From: Callorhinchus milii
Taxonomy: Eukaryota
NCBI RefSeq assembly: GCF_018977255.1
Contig: NW_024704742.1
Location: 55,616,001-55,680,000 of the forward strand
Direction: 5' to 3'
Length of the DNA: 64,000 nucleotides
Part shown: one piece after another, positions 34,091 through 48,013 of the stretch
How the letters are laid out: each line of letters begins with the position of its first letter
Numbering within the stretch: the first letter of the stretch is position 1
Translations under genes and position numbers: made by a program
The notes under the pieces: generated by a model
Database searches by the model: none
What the model was told of the DNA's origin: nothing
What the model saw: the letters and a program-made list of their open reading frames with translations, nothing else

Positions 34091-35734
34091 GTCTCATACT
34101 GAATCTATACAGTTGCTGAGTGCAAACCCCAATCTTTATTCAGGATTACCCAGACAAAGGTTAGGGCCATGTTCAGAGTTAGGGCCATTTCTGTTTTAAC
34201 TGAACACTAGTGCCAGAACAGAATTAGAATCTGCAGATTAAATTTAGGAAATTAAATTTTAGCCCATATTGATGTTTTTAAATTTATTTTATTCTCTTTC
34301 TCGAAATAAAGTTTAAATATTACCATAACTGCTCCCAAACATACACAGATCAACATGCTTCTACTTTGTTCTGTGTATGTCTGATGCTGATTTGGTGAGT
34401 ATCCAAAATACCTACGTGACCAGTGAGTGAAAGGATTTTTGAATGAATGAGCTGGTTGTTTTCTTTTTGAATTTTTCACTAGTTGTGGTGAAGAAAGTGT
34501 TTGTATCTGGGTTCCTGATGGTGCCCGAATGGGAGCTCTACATTCCCTTGTAGCCAAATGGTAGCGCTGTGCTTAGATTCTGAAGTATATTGGTGTGGGG
34601 GAGGGGGAACCTTGTAGAAAGTATCTGCACCACAAAAGGTACGCCTTTTTTTAAAAAATATATATTTATTTATAACTATAATATCTGGTACGACAGAAAT
34701 CCAAAGCAAACACAACGTACGACAACTTCTGTTACAATTTTTTTTCCCTTTTCCTCCTGATACAAAAAAAATTCCATTGTTTAGGTCCATTCCTTCACTG
34801 CACATAGGTTGTCCACACGTTTTTTTAGACGCTACATTTAAAGTAGTCGGGAGTCGCCCCTGTGTACACCCCATCCACGTGCGCACCTGCACACACCCTG
34901 ATAAGGAGCACTTACCGTTTTCAAAAGGCGCCCTGATGTGCACCGTACGCCCACATGTTTACCATATATACATTTTCGGGGCTCCTCTTTCGTTACTTCT
35001 CGAGCATCCTTCTGTACCCTTACGTTTATTTCAGTCAATTTTGGGCACGCTCGTGGGCTACCCAGTGAGTGCGTCCTGAGAGGTGCGTACTGGAGCAGTT
35101 CCTGACAGGGTCAGGTCCCATCTGGTCTTTGCCACGGTTGAGCCGAACATCAAGTAAACCATGTAGGCTCTAAATGCTGAATGACTTACATCACAGCACA
35201 GGGATTCCATACTTCAATGACTTTCCAACAGTGCGCATTAAAGTTTATATGCATGCTTATGATACAACGGGTTTTATACACAGACACTTTCCTGACATCA
35301 AATAAAATTTTCAGTGTGTCGTTTTCAAATAGTCTGTAACTTGTTAGCAGTTGCCACCTGGCATTGAACACCTCAAAGCTAATTGCATGTTATTTGGCTT
35401 TCCACAGAAAATCAGATCTGTAAATCAAAATCTTAGCATTGTTACTTTCAACTGTTATGTTGCATTACTGGATTGTAGGCTGGCATTACAAAGATACAAG
35501 CTTTACAAAATGGGTCACATTGTCATCAGCCACCAGTAATTTTCAGCCTTCCTTTTTTAATGAACGTTTGGCCCTCTAATTGAGTGTCTATGTTTGGCAT
35601 CTCTATTGATTGCGATCAAATAACTGAGCATTTTACAAAATAAAGTATAAACTTTATTTGTATCACACTTACATTGAAAGTCAGTTGCTAGCACTCTTGC
35701 CTGGACCAGTGGGCTGTGGATTGAAGCCCCACAT

Positions 35735-36078
35735 CAACAACAACAACAACAAAATTACATTTATAGAACGTCTTTCATGTTGGGAGGACGTCCCAAAGCG
35801 TTGAACAGTCAGGTGTCAGGGCCCAAGCATGGGGGTGTAGGGGTGAGGGAAGGCAGAGAGGTGGGAGGGAGATCAAAGGCATAGTTGAAGAGAAGTTCTT
35901 GAGACTGGCCTTGAAGGAGGCAAGGCAGGAAACGAGGCGAAGGGACTGTGGGATAGAGTTACAAAGTGTGGAGACAGAGAGGCTGAAAGCTCGGCCACCG
36001 ATTGTAGGACGGGTCGGGCGGGAGACATGGAGCAGGCCCGAGCCCGCTGAACGGAAGGAGTGGGCAGGTTGGTAGTAC
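35735..36078 (-). mobile_element. L2 LINE 3' end
   Basis: (CAA)n tail; SFRSAGSGLLHVSRPTRPTIGGRAFS. Confidence 0.92.
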
Positions 36079-36639
36079 TCAAACTCATAGTCTAAGTTGA
36101 TACTCAAGTCAGTGACAATCTGAAAGCCAGTTCTTCTGAAGAAGTGCAAAAATTTGCTTCTAAATCAAAGACAAATTTTAAAAATTTCTGACAACATACA
36201 CATAGTCAATCCACTTTGCAGTATATCCTGCGATGTTCTTTGAGATGCTTGGGCAACGTGGTAAGATGCTATGTCAAATGCAAGGACAATTAATATAATC
36301 CTCCAGATAAAATCGAATATTTCCTTCATGGCTATTTGTAGGGCTTTTTATGAGCAAAGAGCCTGCTGTGTTTGCCTACAATTAAACAAACTAACTATGC
36401 TTTATGATACACTCTGTGAAGCATTTTGAGTTGTTTTAATGACATGATAACATGCTATATCAATACAAGTGCAGTATTATTATTAGAATTCCTTGTGATC
36501 TTACATTTCCAGACAAAATGGTTTTGCAATCTAGAACGAGGTGAATTTTCGGTCTCCCGGTTTTAACTTTCCTGGTATTATACTGTCATTTGAGCAATAA
36601 CAACATGGTGCATTTGTGAATTGTTACATATAACAAACA

Positions 36640-36990
36640 TCCCTGAGCCTCGCTACCTCTAGGACTTGCACATACCCAACTCTTCTACCTATCCCCTTCG
36701 TTCAGCTAACACAAGGCTGCTGTGCGACCCAGTCACTCCTGTCCACTATCGTTAGCCCAGCCTTGAACTACTACACCTCTAACCTGTGGAACTGCCTGCC
36801 ACTCTCACTTCCCTTTACCCCTTCTTTATCTGCCTTTAAATCCCTCCTGAAAATCTACCTAATAAACTGCACCCATGGCACTCCACCTCCCACTCCTCCC
36901 TTGCTCAGCATCCAACCCCACCACTGTAAAGCATTCTAAGATGCTATCTTACGTGAAGGGCACTTTGTAATTTTAAGTTGTGTGTTGTTG
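36640..36990 (+). mobile_element. Old L2 3' end
   Basis: ctgtggaactgcctgcc...gcctttaaatccctcctgaaaatctacct...gtgaagggcactttgta. Confidence 0.65.
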
Positions 36991-39075
36991 TGTTTGATCC
37001 TGGAAGAATGTAAACTGCTGGGTTCAGCAATTACTTCCTGTGCATCTTTAAATAGTCTCATTATGATATCCACACTTATCAAGTTGACATCATAGATCCA
37101 CATCACAAATAGTTCTGGTTGACAGTTATGCATACAGATAGGATCTTATGACTACAGGCTTCAAGTAATTATATTAATGTATTCATTCTGTGTTGACACT
37201 GATAATCAATCTAGATCATTTTCATTTGCATAAATAGACAAATGACAAAGCATAAAACAAGTTTTAATCCTTATAATAATTCTAAAGCAAGAATATACAG
37301 TGCAGCTGCTGTTTGGGATTCACAAAATCCCAGTTAAGATTATTGTGAGACGTGACAGGATATGTTGGTCAGGAAACAGTGAGAAACTCCTTTTACATTT
37401 CGCATCGTGCCATGGGATCTTTCATGTCCACCTGAACAGGCAGGACATTTAGATAATGTTTCATCCGAAGGAAGGAGTGAAATGCAGAGTATGTTCTCAG
37501 GAATTTTTTGTTTTCGTCAGCTATTATTTTGTACATTTTGACCACTGTGCAATGGCAAGTAGCTTGTTAGGAGAAGTGAGTTAATCTCAAATTTGTAAGA
37601 AAGTGAGTTGCACTCAGCCCAGTACTGTTCATAATAGTGAAGAGACTTCTTCTTCCCAGCCATGTATTGATGGTTTGATCACCATGCCTGTCGGCTGACA
37701 GTATCAGCCTGCCTTGGGTGGGTTGAACATTTCCTGACAGGATCATAGGTCAAATGGGTCAGAATTTTTTATTTCATCTCAGGGAAGAAGCGACATTCAT
37801 ACCTGACTTGTATGCCCCAAAGACACCTTTGGTGGTTGAGTACTATTGCAGTGTACGACATTTGGTCCATCTCTACCCTTATGAATGAAGGTCTGTGCTC
37901 TTTGAGTAGGGCTGAGGGGGAGGGGCGAGGCAGCATAATGTGAGAATAAAAGCAAAGTTAAAATAAATTTTTTGGAAAATCTGTTATCATTTTGCCCACA
38001 AAATGCACAGTCAATTCAATTTACAGTATATTTTATGAAGGGCTTTGAGGCGTCTCAACGGTATGTGAAGGCACTATATCAAATGCAAAGATTATTATTA
38101 TTATATCCAGCAGAAGCTGCAAACGCCTAAATCAGTTTGCAAATTTGAATGCCAACCTCATTCAGCATTCAAACTTGTTGGCTCTCACTGGGTGAGTTTA
38201 AACTGTGTTTCTCCTGGCTCCTGGATGGAATACTATCAGTAGAGAAGATGAACCTAACACAACCTTAACCGATGACAGTTATTGGCTTTTCACAGTCCAT
38301 CACAGTCAGTAGTTGAGACTAGTCTGCAGTTTAAAGTTGCCTTGTTCTCTTTGCTGAAGGAGAAAACACAGTGATGGGAATCAGCAGGGACAGAGCTGAA
38401 AGGCTGTGAAATGATGTATTTTATCATATATAGAGGTTGCCAGTTAATGGAGATGTAGATAATAAGAATATCCTTTTGCAGAGAACATTGTCCCGAAGCC
38501 AATACGATCCTGACTGTTAGTGCTGATGGGTTTTCCTCATGGGGATAAATTGGATTTCAAGTGCAAAGGGTCTCAGTTTATAGATTTCTACTGTGCTTGC
38601 AACACTTGTGTTATTGAACAGAGGGCATGTTTGTGACATAGACTAGATCATTTAAATTTCACAGGATTTGAATGCTAATGCAAACATACTGAGAGCACAT
38701 TTCATTTATTACCTTTTGAAATACGATTGCTAAAAACTTTCAATTTATTTTTGTGCCAATGGAAATTAATTTACAATTTAATGACCATCTGTTTCTAGAA
38801 TAGTCAAAATAGTTTAAAACTGCCAGAACAGCTGGCATTTCAAAGGTTCAAAATTTTATTCTCATTTGAAGTAGTGTTTGTTTCCAGTGAAACAGCAGCA
38901 ACAAAAAAAAAACACAGGAGGCTTTTTCAAGATGTGTATATCTTGAATGGTTCATAACCAGCCTGCAGCTAAAAATGTTAAGAACTGATATTATGGCATC
39001 TATGTCTCTCATTGTGGTAAAGGAGAGCTGCGGTATATTCATTTTTATCTACTTTCTTTGTTAACCTTTACCAGG

Positions 39076-39490
39076 TGTCAGCCTGGCTCAGTGGGTAGCA
39101 CACTTAGCTCTGAATCAGCAAGTTGTGGTTCAAGACTCATGTCGGACTTTGAACTCACTGTCTAGACTGACAATCCAATGCATTGCTTTGTTGGAGGGGC
39201 TGACCTTCAGTTGAGATGTTGTTTACATTGAGGTCCCATCTGTATCTGTTCATGTAGACATTAAAGATCCCATGATGCTCATTCAAAACAGAAGGGTGTT
39301 CTTAGTGTCCTGTCTAATAATTCCCCAGCTAAAAATGATGTCTGTTTGTGGAACATTGCTGCACACAAATTGCATTTGTCTACAAAATACTCAGTGGGTA
39401 TTTACAGTGAAAACCTGTAAATTATAATTTACAGTGAAAACCTGTGAAATGCTTTGAGAAATTTTGGTGATGTGATATCAAATGCTAAAA
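39076..39490 (+). mobile_element. Deu-domain SINE, near full length
   Basis: gtcagcctggctcagtgggtagcac head; core; tail containing a short tandem duplication (atttacagtgaaaacctgt twice). Confidence 0.85.
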
Positions 39491-39742
39491 TTAATACCTT
39501 GCTAAATAAACAGGAATGCTCAATAATTTACATTATAAATATGCAACAGCACTTTGATGATCAAATTAAGATCCATTTCATTGATTCAAACTTGATGACC
39601 CAGACTTCAGTCAGTTTTAAGCAAGGGAAACTGGCTAGTAGATACCACAAACCAGGTGTTCGGTATTTCTTGTTTTCGCCCACAGACAGACGTCTTGACA
39701 AACATGATGATGTGCTGTATCAAATGCAAGGAGTTATGTATC

Positions 39743-39830
39743 TGTGTGTGTGTGTGTGTGTATGTATATGTGTGTGTGTATGTATGTATGTATGTATGCA
39801 TGTATGTATGCATGCAAGTATGGATGGATG
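39743..39830. repeat. (TG)n/(TATG)n compound microsatellite
   Basis: Direct read. Confidence 0.92.
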
Positions 39831-39914
39831 AATGTTTATAATGCAGGTTCATAGTACATCAGGACTATAAATAAGGCTATACTGGAGGGGTGTTGTAACA
39901 AGATTGTTCTGCAA

Positions 39915-40230
39915 TAATCCTTGTATCACGTTGAAACATCTGAAAGCGCAAGTGTAATTATTCCGTTTTTAGGTGAATGTGGATGCCAATTTGTGCACAA
40001 CAATGTCCCACAAACAACTGTGAAGTGAATGACCAATTTTTAAAATTTATTTGCAAGATTGTTGGCCAGGACATGGGGAGAAACCTTCTTTTTTTTGAAT
40101 AGTGCTCTGGGACCATTAACATCCACCTGAACAGGGAATCAATTTAATAAATCATCTGAAGGCCAGCATGTTTGACAATGCAGCACTCTCCAGCATTGAA
40201 CTAGAGTGTAATCCTATACTAAGAGCTCAG
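39915..40230 (-). mobile_element. Deu-domain SINE, degraded
   Basis: caatgtcccacaaac...ttggccaggac...taacatccacctgaacagg. Confidence 0.75.
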
Positions 40231-41069
40231 GTGCGATCTGAATAGAAAATGTTTTCCTATGGTCTGCACTTTCAGAATTCTTCAGGCATATCATATCTCT
40301 GCTTTCATTTTTGATGTTGTGGATCAATTATGTTTCTTACTTATAGAAATTTCTGCTTACTAAAATAATGCACAGGGAATCGAAATGAATGTATGCCAAT
40401 ATCATCTGTTCTACATGTATGTTACACAAATAATTGCATTTCCTGAACTGCTTATCTTTCCTGTAGTATTGAACAATTAAGAGAAAACTTTAATCTGAAA
40501 AGACATAAATATAGTTCATCACAATGCAAGCACAATACAAATTGCATTACACTTGTGTTTTACCAAAGCAAATTACTTTTCCTCTCTGACAGATTACTCC
40601 ATACTGAAGCCTGCAATAATACATCACAATTTTCAATTGAATATAGACCATGGACACATACTGTGAGATTTATGTCTTTTGTGCAACATTTCAATATACA
40701 GTGAACTCCTGATAATAAGGCAGTTATGGGGGCTGGGGCTGCACTGTCACATGGAAAGCTGCTCACTCTGCGCAACTACAGTGTGTGTTTATGTGGGTTC
40801 TCCTGGTCAATGTTTCCCCTTGCGACCCTGGAGGAACCGTGCCTACATAGTCACCCTGGATATAAAGTCACTGAGCTCTTTTCCCCTGGAGGGATGATAT
40901 ATCAGGAGTTTCCCGTAATATTAAAACGGCTTTAAAATACTTTGACACAAAATTTTACTGTGTAGCATTCTTCCAGATAATCAAAGGCTTAAGATTCAGT
41001 CACAGTGATGGAGGCTTGCTTTGTTTCGAGTAGATCAAAAGGTTCTGCAGCCAAATCTTATTTAAAAAA

Positions 41070-41070
41070 N
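41070..41070. other. Ambiguous base (N), possible assembly join
   Basis: Single n in the sequence. Confidence 0.95.
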
Positions 41071-41459
41071 GAGGTGTAAATTACTTCCTTGTCGACCTCA
41101 GGTCCTTGCCTGAAACTCTGCACATCTGGTGTAAATTACATCTCACTATTATATGTTATTAAACTCCTGATAAACTTGAAACGTTTGATTTTCTATCAAT
41201 GACAAAGGCTATGAGTAAGCACTGGCTACTTCGACCAAATTTGCAAAGGTTACATTGGGTCGCTCATTTTCAAAGAGAAACTACCATGGATCAACGAGAT
41301 TTTCAGGTTTAAAGGGAATCACTGTGTAGAATTCTTTAGTTCTCATACAGATTTTCTCTAAATTGGTTGGACATAGGACTCTTGAGTAAACACTTTCATC
41401 ATTCTACTGTCAAGTAAATTTAAAATGAAGAAGCCCAATGCTCCCAGAACACATTTCTG

Positions 41460-41715
41460 AAATCAGCCGAGTGTCTGACACATTCGGAAACCCATCACCG
41501 TACTTAAGAGCATCCAAATCAGACACAGAATTGCACATATGCATGTCATCTACACATGGAAATTTCTGTGTGTCTGGAATGGAATGCATACTCTCTCTGT
41601 CTGGAGTGATGCACGTGTCATACTTAATCCCAGAACATATTAGGCACAGGTTGACAAGAGCCAAGGCCTGGGGACTCTGTGTCCTGTTGGAGTACTGCTG
41701 GAATTTAAACCACTA
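41460..41715 (-). repeat. Repeat family X, truncated copy
   Basis: tcagccgagtgtctgacacattcggaaacccatcaccgtacttaagagcatccaaatc...tattaggcacaggttgacaagagccaaggc. Confidence 0.8.
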
Positions 41716-41718
41716 TTG

Positions 41719-43625
41719 CAACAACAACAACTTGCATTTGTATAGCGCCCTTCACTCAGGATAGCAAACCCAAGCGCTTCACTGTGGCGGAGTCTGACAA
41801 TGAGCCGGGGAGAGGGAGGAGGGAGGTGGCCATAAGCACGATCAAAAAGGAAGGTCTTTAGTTGGGGATTGAAAGTGGGGAGGGAGAGGGCAAGCAGGAG
41901 GTATTGAGGGAGAGAGTTCCATAGTTTCGGGGTATAGTGCCTGAAGGCACGGCCGCTGGTGAAGCGAGGGGATGAGGGACAAACAGGAGGCTGGAACCAG
42001 CCGAGTGGAGGCAGTAGGTGGTGAAGTGGGAGGTAAGCAGATTGGATAAGTAGGGAAGTGCGAGGGCAAGAAGGGATTTGAAAACAAGTGAGAGGATCCC
42101 AAAATTGATCCATTCAATAATTGGGAGCCAGTGGAGCCTGGCAAGGACTGGTGTGATGGGGGTACAGAGTTTTGTGCGGGAGAATATGCGGGCATTGGAG
42201 TTTTGAATTCATTCAATTTTGTGAAGGGTGAAGCTGGCGAGACCAGCATGGAGAGCATTGGAATAGTCCAGCCAAGAAGTGACAAAGGCGTGGATGAGGG
42301 ATTTGACTGTGTTGGTTGTGAGGTAAGGACAGAAGAGGGCAATGTGATGCAGGTGAAAAAAAGTGGTCCTAGTCAGGGAATGGATGTGTGGTGGAAAGGA
42401 AAGTTGGGGATTGAACCCGATGCCTAAATTGCACATGAGTTCGTTAAGTCTGAGGGAGAGCCCAGGGAGGTTGAGAAGTTCAGACCCACAGGAGAGAAGA
42501 CGTTGATGGGAGCCAAAGAGACGGGAGCTTCTGTGTTGCCGACATTCAGCTGCAGGAAGTTTGTACTCATCCACATGGAGCCTTGGTTTCCCGGCAGGTG
42601 ACGGGAGGAGAACCCATTTCCCAAGGTAAATTTTTGGTGGTTAGTCATGTAGGAATCGAACCATGCGAGTGTGGTCCCACTAAGGTGGATGAGGGAGGAG
42701 AGGTGGTAGAGGAGGATGGCATGATCAACTGTGTCGAACGTGGCGGAGAGGTCTAGGAGACCGGGAGGCAGAGGGAACCCTGGTCACAAAGAGAGAGGAA
42801 ATAATTTGTTACTTTGACGAGCGCTGTCTCTATCTGTGGGCAGTGCGAAATCCAGACTGGTGGAGTTCAAGTAGGGAGTGGAGGGAGAGGTGTAGGCTAA
42901 ACTGATTTGGCAAGACGGGTTCCAAAAGTTTAGCCAGGAAGGGCAGGTTTGAGACGGGTCTGAAGTTTGTGAGGTTGGAGGGATCGAGGGTAGGTTTTTT
43001 AAGGAGAGGAATGATGGCAGTGGTTTTGAGGGGGACTGAAACAGAGCCTGAGGAGAGGGACTGGTTGATTGTGTCAGCCAGAAGTCGGCAGAGGAGGGGT
43101 GGTTGAGTGACCAGAAGCTGGGTGGGGAGGAGTTTGAGGGGGCAGGTGGTGGCCTTCATCTGGGTGATAATTATAATAATCTTTACATTTGATGTAGCGC
43201 CTTAGCATGTCTTTGAGATGTCTCAAAGCGCTTCACAGAATATACTGTAAAGTGTAGTCACTGTGTGCTATTGGGGCGAAACACTGCAATGGTGGGGAAA
43301 GTAAGGAGGGAAAGATGGGGGTAAAGGGTATAGGGTGGGGGCTGTGGTAGGAAGAGAGGGTGATGAAGGAGGCATGGGGATGACGGGTTGGTTGGCAACA
43401 TGAGGAAGGTGGGGGCGGGAGGGGAGGAGGCGACCAGGTGGATGTTATGAATCTTAGAGATAAAGAAGTCAAGGACCTCTTGGCATCAAAAGTAAGGATT
43501 GAGGATACTTGAAACAGGGCGTGGAGGAGATGGTGGGTGGTGGAGAACAAGATTTTAGCATTGTTATTCGGCTTGAAAATGACCTGTGAGTAGAAGGCAG
43601 TTTTGGCTTGAGCAAGGGAGCGGTG
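41719..43625 (-). mobile_element. L2 LINE, ~1.9 kb with deletions; SINE tail inserted at ~43167-43287
   Basis: LKKPTLDPSNLTNFRPVSNLPFLAKLLE, QSGFRTAH, NFLQLN, LIHAFVTSWLDYSNAL; (CAA)n tail at 41719. Confidence 0.93.
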
Positions 43626-43789
43626 TATGAATCTTCCTTTTCTAGATATTGGATCCACTATCTAGCAAGCTTCTTGTCAATGTACCCTACCCATTAAGGC
43701 TTTGCCTTACAGTGTTAACAAGAACTGAATAGACAGAATCCCAGGCCCAGTGACTGGTTTACTCCTTTAAAGAATCCTTCAAGTCCTGC

Positions 43790-44248
43790 CAAAAAAGCAT
43801 TGTTCATGTCAAGAGGACGTATCAAAGCACTTCAAAGCATTTAGTCAGTAGTGATTGTATTTTGTAGGCAAACAAGGTTGTCAATTTTCACACAACAATA
43901 TTCCACAAACAGCCAAGAAGTGAATATTATTTGGGGGATTATTGGCCAGGACACTGGGAGAAACTCCCTTCTCTTTTCGAATAGTGCCTTGGGATCTTTA
44001 ATGTTCACCTGAATAGATAGATGGGGCCTTAGTTTAATGTCTCATCCAAAGGCAACACCTCTGACAACGCAACACAACAACAACAACTTGGATTTATATA
44101 GCGCCCTCCACGCCGGACGGCTTCTCAGAGTGCTTAACACATTCCCAGCATTGCATTGGCGTGTCAGTCTAGAGTACGTGAGTTCAAAGTCCCAACGTGG
44201 GACTTCTGATTCAGTAGCGAGAGTGCTACCAACTGAGCCAGGCTGACA
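43790..44248 (-). mobile_element. Deu-domain SINE carrying a 60 bp L2-tail insertion (44076-44135)
   Basis: Reverse head gtgctaccaactgagccaggctgaca, core and tail; the insert matches 4254-4318. Confidence 0.85.
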
Positions 44249-45441
44249 AATGACTTGGATAATGGCAGTTTACAGAGTGTGGACAACATGCACTTTTTAT
44301 ACAGTTGTGTGTAAGAAATCGTACATGGAACGTTGTGCTCTTATTATTGAATTTGATAGCATTTTTACACAAATTGCCTTCTCTCCTTAGCTCCGTGCTG
44401 TAAAGATTCACTAAGGTCTAAATCTCAGAGAGAGAAAAGTGCTCCAAATTGCTGCAAGAAAGGCGTGCATCAGGATGAATTACTCTGACAAGGGGGAGCG
44501 ACATGGTGAATCTTTGTGAGAAATGAGAGTATTACACTGGATCAATGCAAGAAATGAAAGCAACGTGACAGACAAGTGTGACAACCATCAGCACTGCAGC
44601 AAATCCTTCCTGGAAGTGAGAGTGTCAATTGGCAGGAAACAAGAGCACGGCTGCAAGTTCATGTGAGAAATCAAGGTGCGATGATAAATCCCCTTGAAGA
44701 AAAGAAGATTAAGAAAGCCAACTTCTGCAACAGGTGGTAGGCAGAATTCTTTCTTGAAGCTTCACTGACATGAGAAAAAAATGTTTATTTCAAATCCCCA
44801 ATATGTGGATTTCAGTTCTTTTCCACCACTCTCATTAACACTGCATGCAGTAAGCTCGACTAGTTAAAATACAGAGCTGCGTTTTCTAAACATCCTGCTA
44901 AAATTAATGAGATTTTTTGTACATACATTTGCATGCTAATCGCTAAACCTAAAATCAAATGATTAATACTGTAGTTTTGCAGAAAAAGAACAATGAATAT
45001 GAAAGGTTATATATGCCTGAGCATGGGTTGATAAGGTGATATTGTCTACATTGTAGTCAAATTAACAGCTAAGGGACTTATTTTATTTTAAAAGAGAAAA
45101 GGAAGCTTGTATGTATTTTCGGTTCCTTTCTGAGATAGGGAACAAGACGATTCCTGGTAGGACGGCATGTGCTGAGCTGAAAATAGATTTTTTAAAATTC
45201 TTGGCCACTTTCAACGTGTTTTATAATTGCAATTTACCTTTATATATAGCATCTTTCACCTTGAGGTTTGGTGTGGGGGTTCCTAAAGTGCTTTACGCAG
45301 GGGTTGGGCACCCGATCTGGGAGATGGAACTGAAGAGAGTGCAGGAGGTAATAATAATAATAATTCTTATATTTGCTAGAGCATCTTTTACATCAGCAAG
45401 ACATGTCAAAGTGCTTAACTGGATGTATTATAGTGATAACC

Positions 45442-45797
45442 ATCCTTGCATTTGATCACGTCTTTGAGACATTTCAAAGCCCTTCACAGAATATACTTTA
45501 AAGTGAATTGACTGTATATTTTGTGGGCAAAATACAGCAGCCAATTGTGCACAGCAGTATCCTACAAACATTTGTAAATTGAGTGACCAAATAATTTTTT
45601 TAATTGCATTTTTTTTGATGGAATTATTAACCCCGGAAAGATGATCCTCCAATCGACTAACAACTGTGTTCCTACTTACTGCTAGGAAAACAGGCGGGTG
45701 GAGTAAGGAAACTTGCTTAATACTTTGCCCTGCCTGGGAATTGAATCTAGGTGCTCTCACTTGCGAGGCGAGCGCTCTAACCAATATGCTACAGGAA
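45442..45797 (-). mobile_element. tRNA-Ala SINE, long form
   Basis: Reverse match to 8240-8608 and 48014-48375. Confidence 0.9.
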
Positions 45798-45809
45798 TTG
45801 CAAACTGAG

Positions 45810-46095
45810 AATACGGACTGTGTATTTTGTTGGTGAATGCAACAGCCAATATCCTACAAACATGATCAATTCTATTGGGTTGGGGGGATTATTGGGAAGG
45901 GCATTGATAGAAACACCCTTCTGTTTTCCAATAATGCCATGGGATATTTAACTCACATGATGGATGGTACCTTTGACAATGCAGCACATCCCTGACACTG
46001 CTTTGTTTAGAATGTGAGTTCAAAGTCCAATCATGGAGCTTGAACCCACAACTTTCTGAATCAGCGGTGAGAGTGCTACCATCTGAAACAGGCCA
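45810..46095 (-). mobile_element. Deu-domain SINE, degraded
   Basis: cttgaacccacaactttctgaatcagcggtgagagtgctacc reverse head; core remnants. Confidence 0.75.
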
Positions 46096-48013
46096 ACCGC
46101 TCAATTTGTTTATTTGGTCTTGGGTTATATCTTGCAATATGTTCAAACTAGATGTTGCGAATTCTGATTTTAGGGATGTGCTAGGGCATGAAAGGATTTC
46201 TAAGTAAGAGTGAGGACCTTGAAATTAATCTGATCTGTTGGGAGCCAGGGAGCAGCAAAACAAACACATTTTCAGCACAGAATCAGATAATTTGCCTATG
46301 ACCTATGACCTATGTACCTCTATTACTAAATAATTTTCTTTTAAAATAATCCAATCTTACAGGAGTTACTATCAGATTTTTATTTTTTAACTGACCTGGT
46401 GTTTATCCAATTCCCAGTTACTAATGCTAAAAATCTCTTAGTAATTCATAATTCAAGAATAATAACTTTAAAGCTGGTGAACTATTCCTCTTCATACCTC
46501 AGTGTTATTGGGTATTGTTATGTAAGAAGCTCAATCTTACCAATCTTACTAGTTTTGAAATTTACGGCATTGTTCTGAATATGAGTTACAACTATGTTTT
46601 CTATGCAACCCTTCATGGATCATTATAAAGGGAAAATCATGTTTATGGAGTTAATAGAACATTGGCCTTTGTGATAGCTTGAGTGCCTGTTTATTATGGT
46701 CAAACTCAATGGAACACAGTAGGTGAAACATATTTTGCCAAGGAATTTGACCCATTTTTTCTCGGTCCATGTAGTTACACTAATAGCTTAGACCTGGTAT
46801 GTACTGCTTATTATTCTGCACTTTCAGCAGCACCTTGACATTTATGGATTTGTGTGTCCCACTACTAAAACACTGTGAATAAGTGCCAAAGGCCTCACAC
46901 ACCAACATATTATGTAGCAACGAAAAGTAGACCATAATAAGCTCTCAAATGATGGATGAAGTTATTGCTGTGAAGAAGAAAGCTGTTGGTTATGAAAAAA
47001 ATTCTGACCGAAGTTATTTTACCTGCTGTTTTATAGTCCACAGCAATGCATCTTCTGAAATTTTAAGAAGCTTATGAAAAGGTCACTTATTCTGCAATAT
47101 CATAACATGTCGGGTTGACAAAAGCCTCACAAGAATTCATCCTCAAGTGAAAAAAAGAGACTAGTCAGCTAGTATTTTCATGATTCAGTAATTGGGGATG
47201 AGTCTCCAGTTGGTTGGTAAACTTGCCCGAGCTTGACGGATGAGCCGCTTTTATCCTTCACTGAACAGTTGGAATATTTACCGATTTGGCAATGTGATTT
47301 TTATAATGGAATGACCACATCAGAAGCTCAAAGCCAGAGTCTTTACAGTTACCAACTAACAGAGAATGAGATGAGCACATCCATCAAGTTCTGTAAATTT
47401 GCCAACAGCTAGAGTCACCCATTTAGCTTTTACAAATGCTTTTACTAATGGGCGCACTGCAATTCTGTAGTACATTGGAGCTCCAATGAGCTGGGAGGCA
47501 GTAGAATGTACCTTTCAACCTATCATTACAGTGAGTTGCTGATCTTAGTGATATACTGTAGACTGGGCAATGCTTCAGTGAAGCCAGGTATCCCTTCAAA
47601 TGTTTGGGTAGGAAAATTGGACTCAAGCCATCCTGAGATGCTCCTGTGAATGTCTTAGTCACTGGATGCAGCAATGAAGAAAATACTCTTTTTTACTTCA
47701 TCATTTGTCTGGGATAAAAATGAGAAAAATAGAAAATGCATTTAAAAAATGTAAAGGACTTGAGCTTGTGGTTATCTTATCGTTTAGTGTGCTTTGCGAC
47801 ATCAAGTAGCTGCACCTCCCACATCTATGTTTTTCTTGTGTTCCAATCATAATTAGGTTATTTTTAAAATGTAAATTCAGGTGCAAAGGAGAACATCCCT
47901 ACAATAATGTTGCAAAGCTATTCTAGTGCTTGGCTCCTCCACAACCCCCATCGCCTCTACGATTAAGAATTTTTGCCATACATGCTAGTTATTGCTGTGC
48001 ACATTATAGTTTC

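Noticed and set aside
41071..41144. Tiny MITE with 14 bp imperfect inverted ends (gaggtgtaaattac / gtaaattacatctc)
   Set aside because: Single copy, 12/14 match, abuts an N, and no TSD can be verified.
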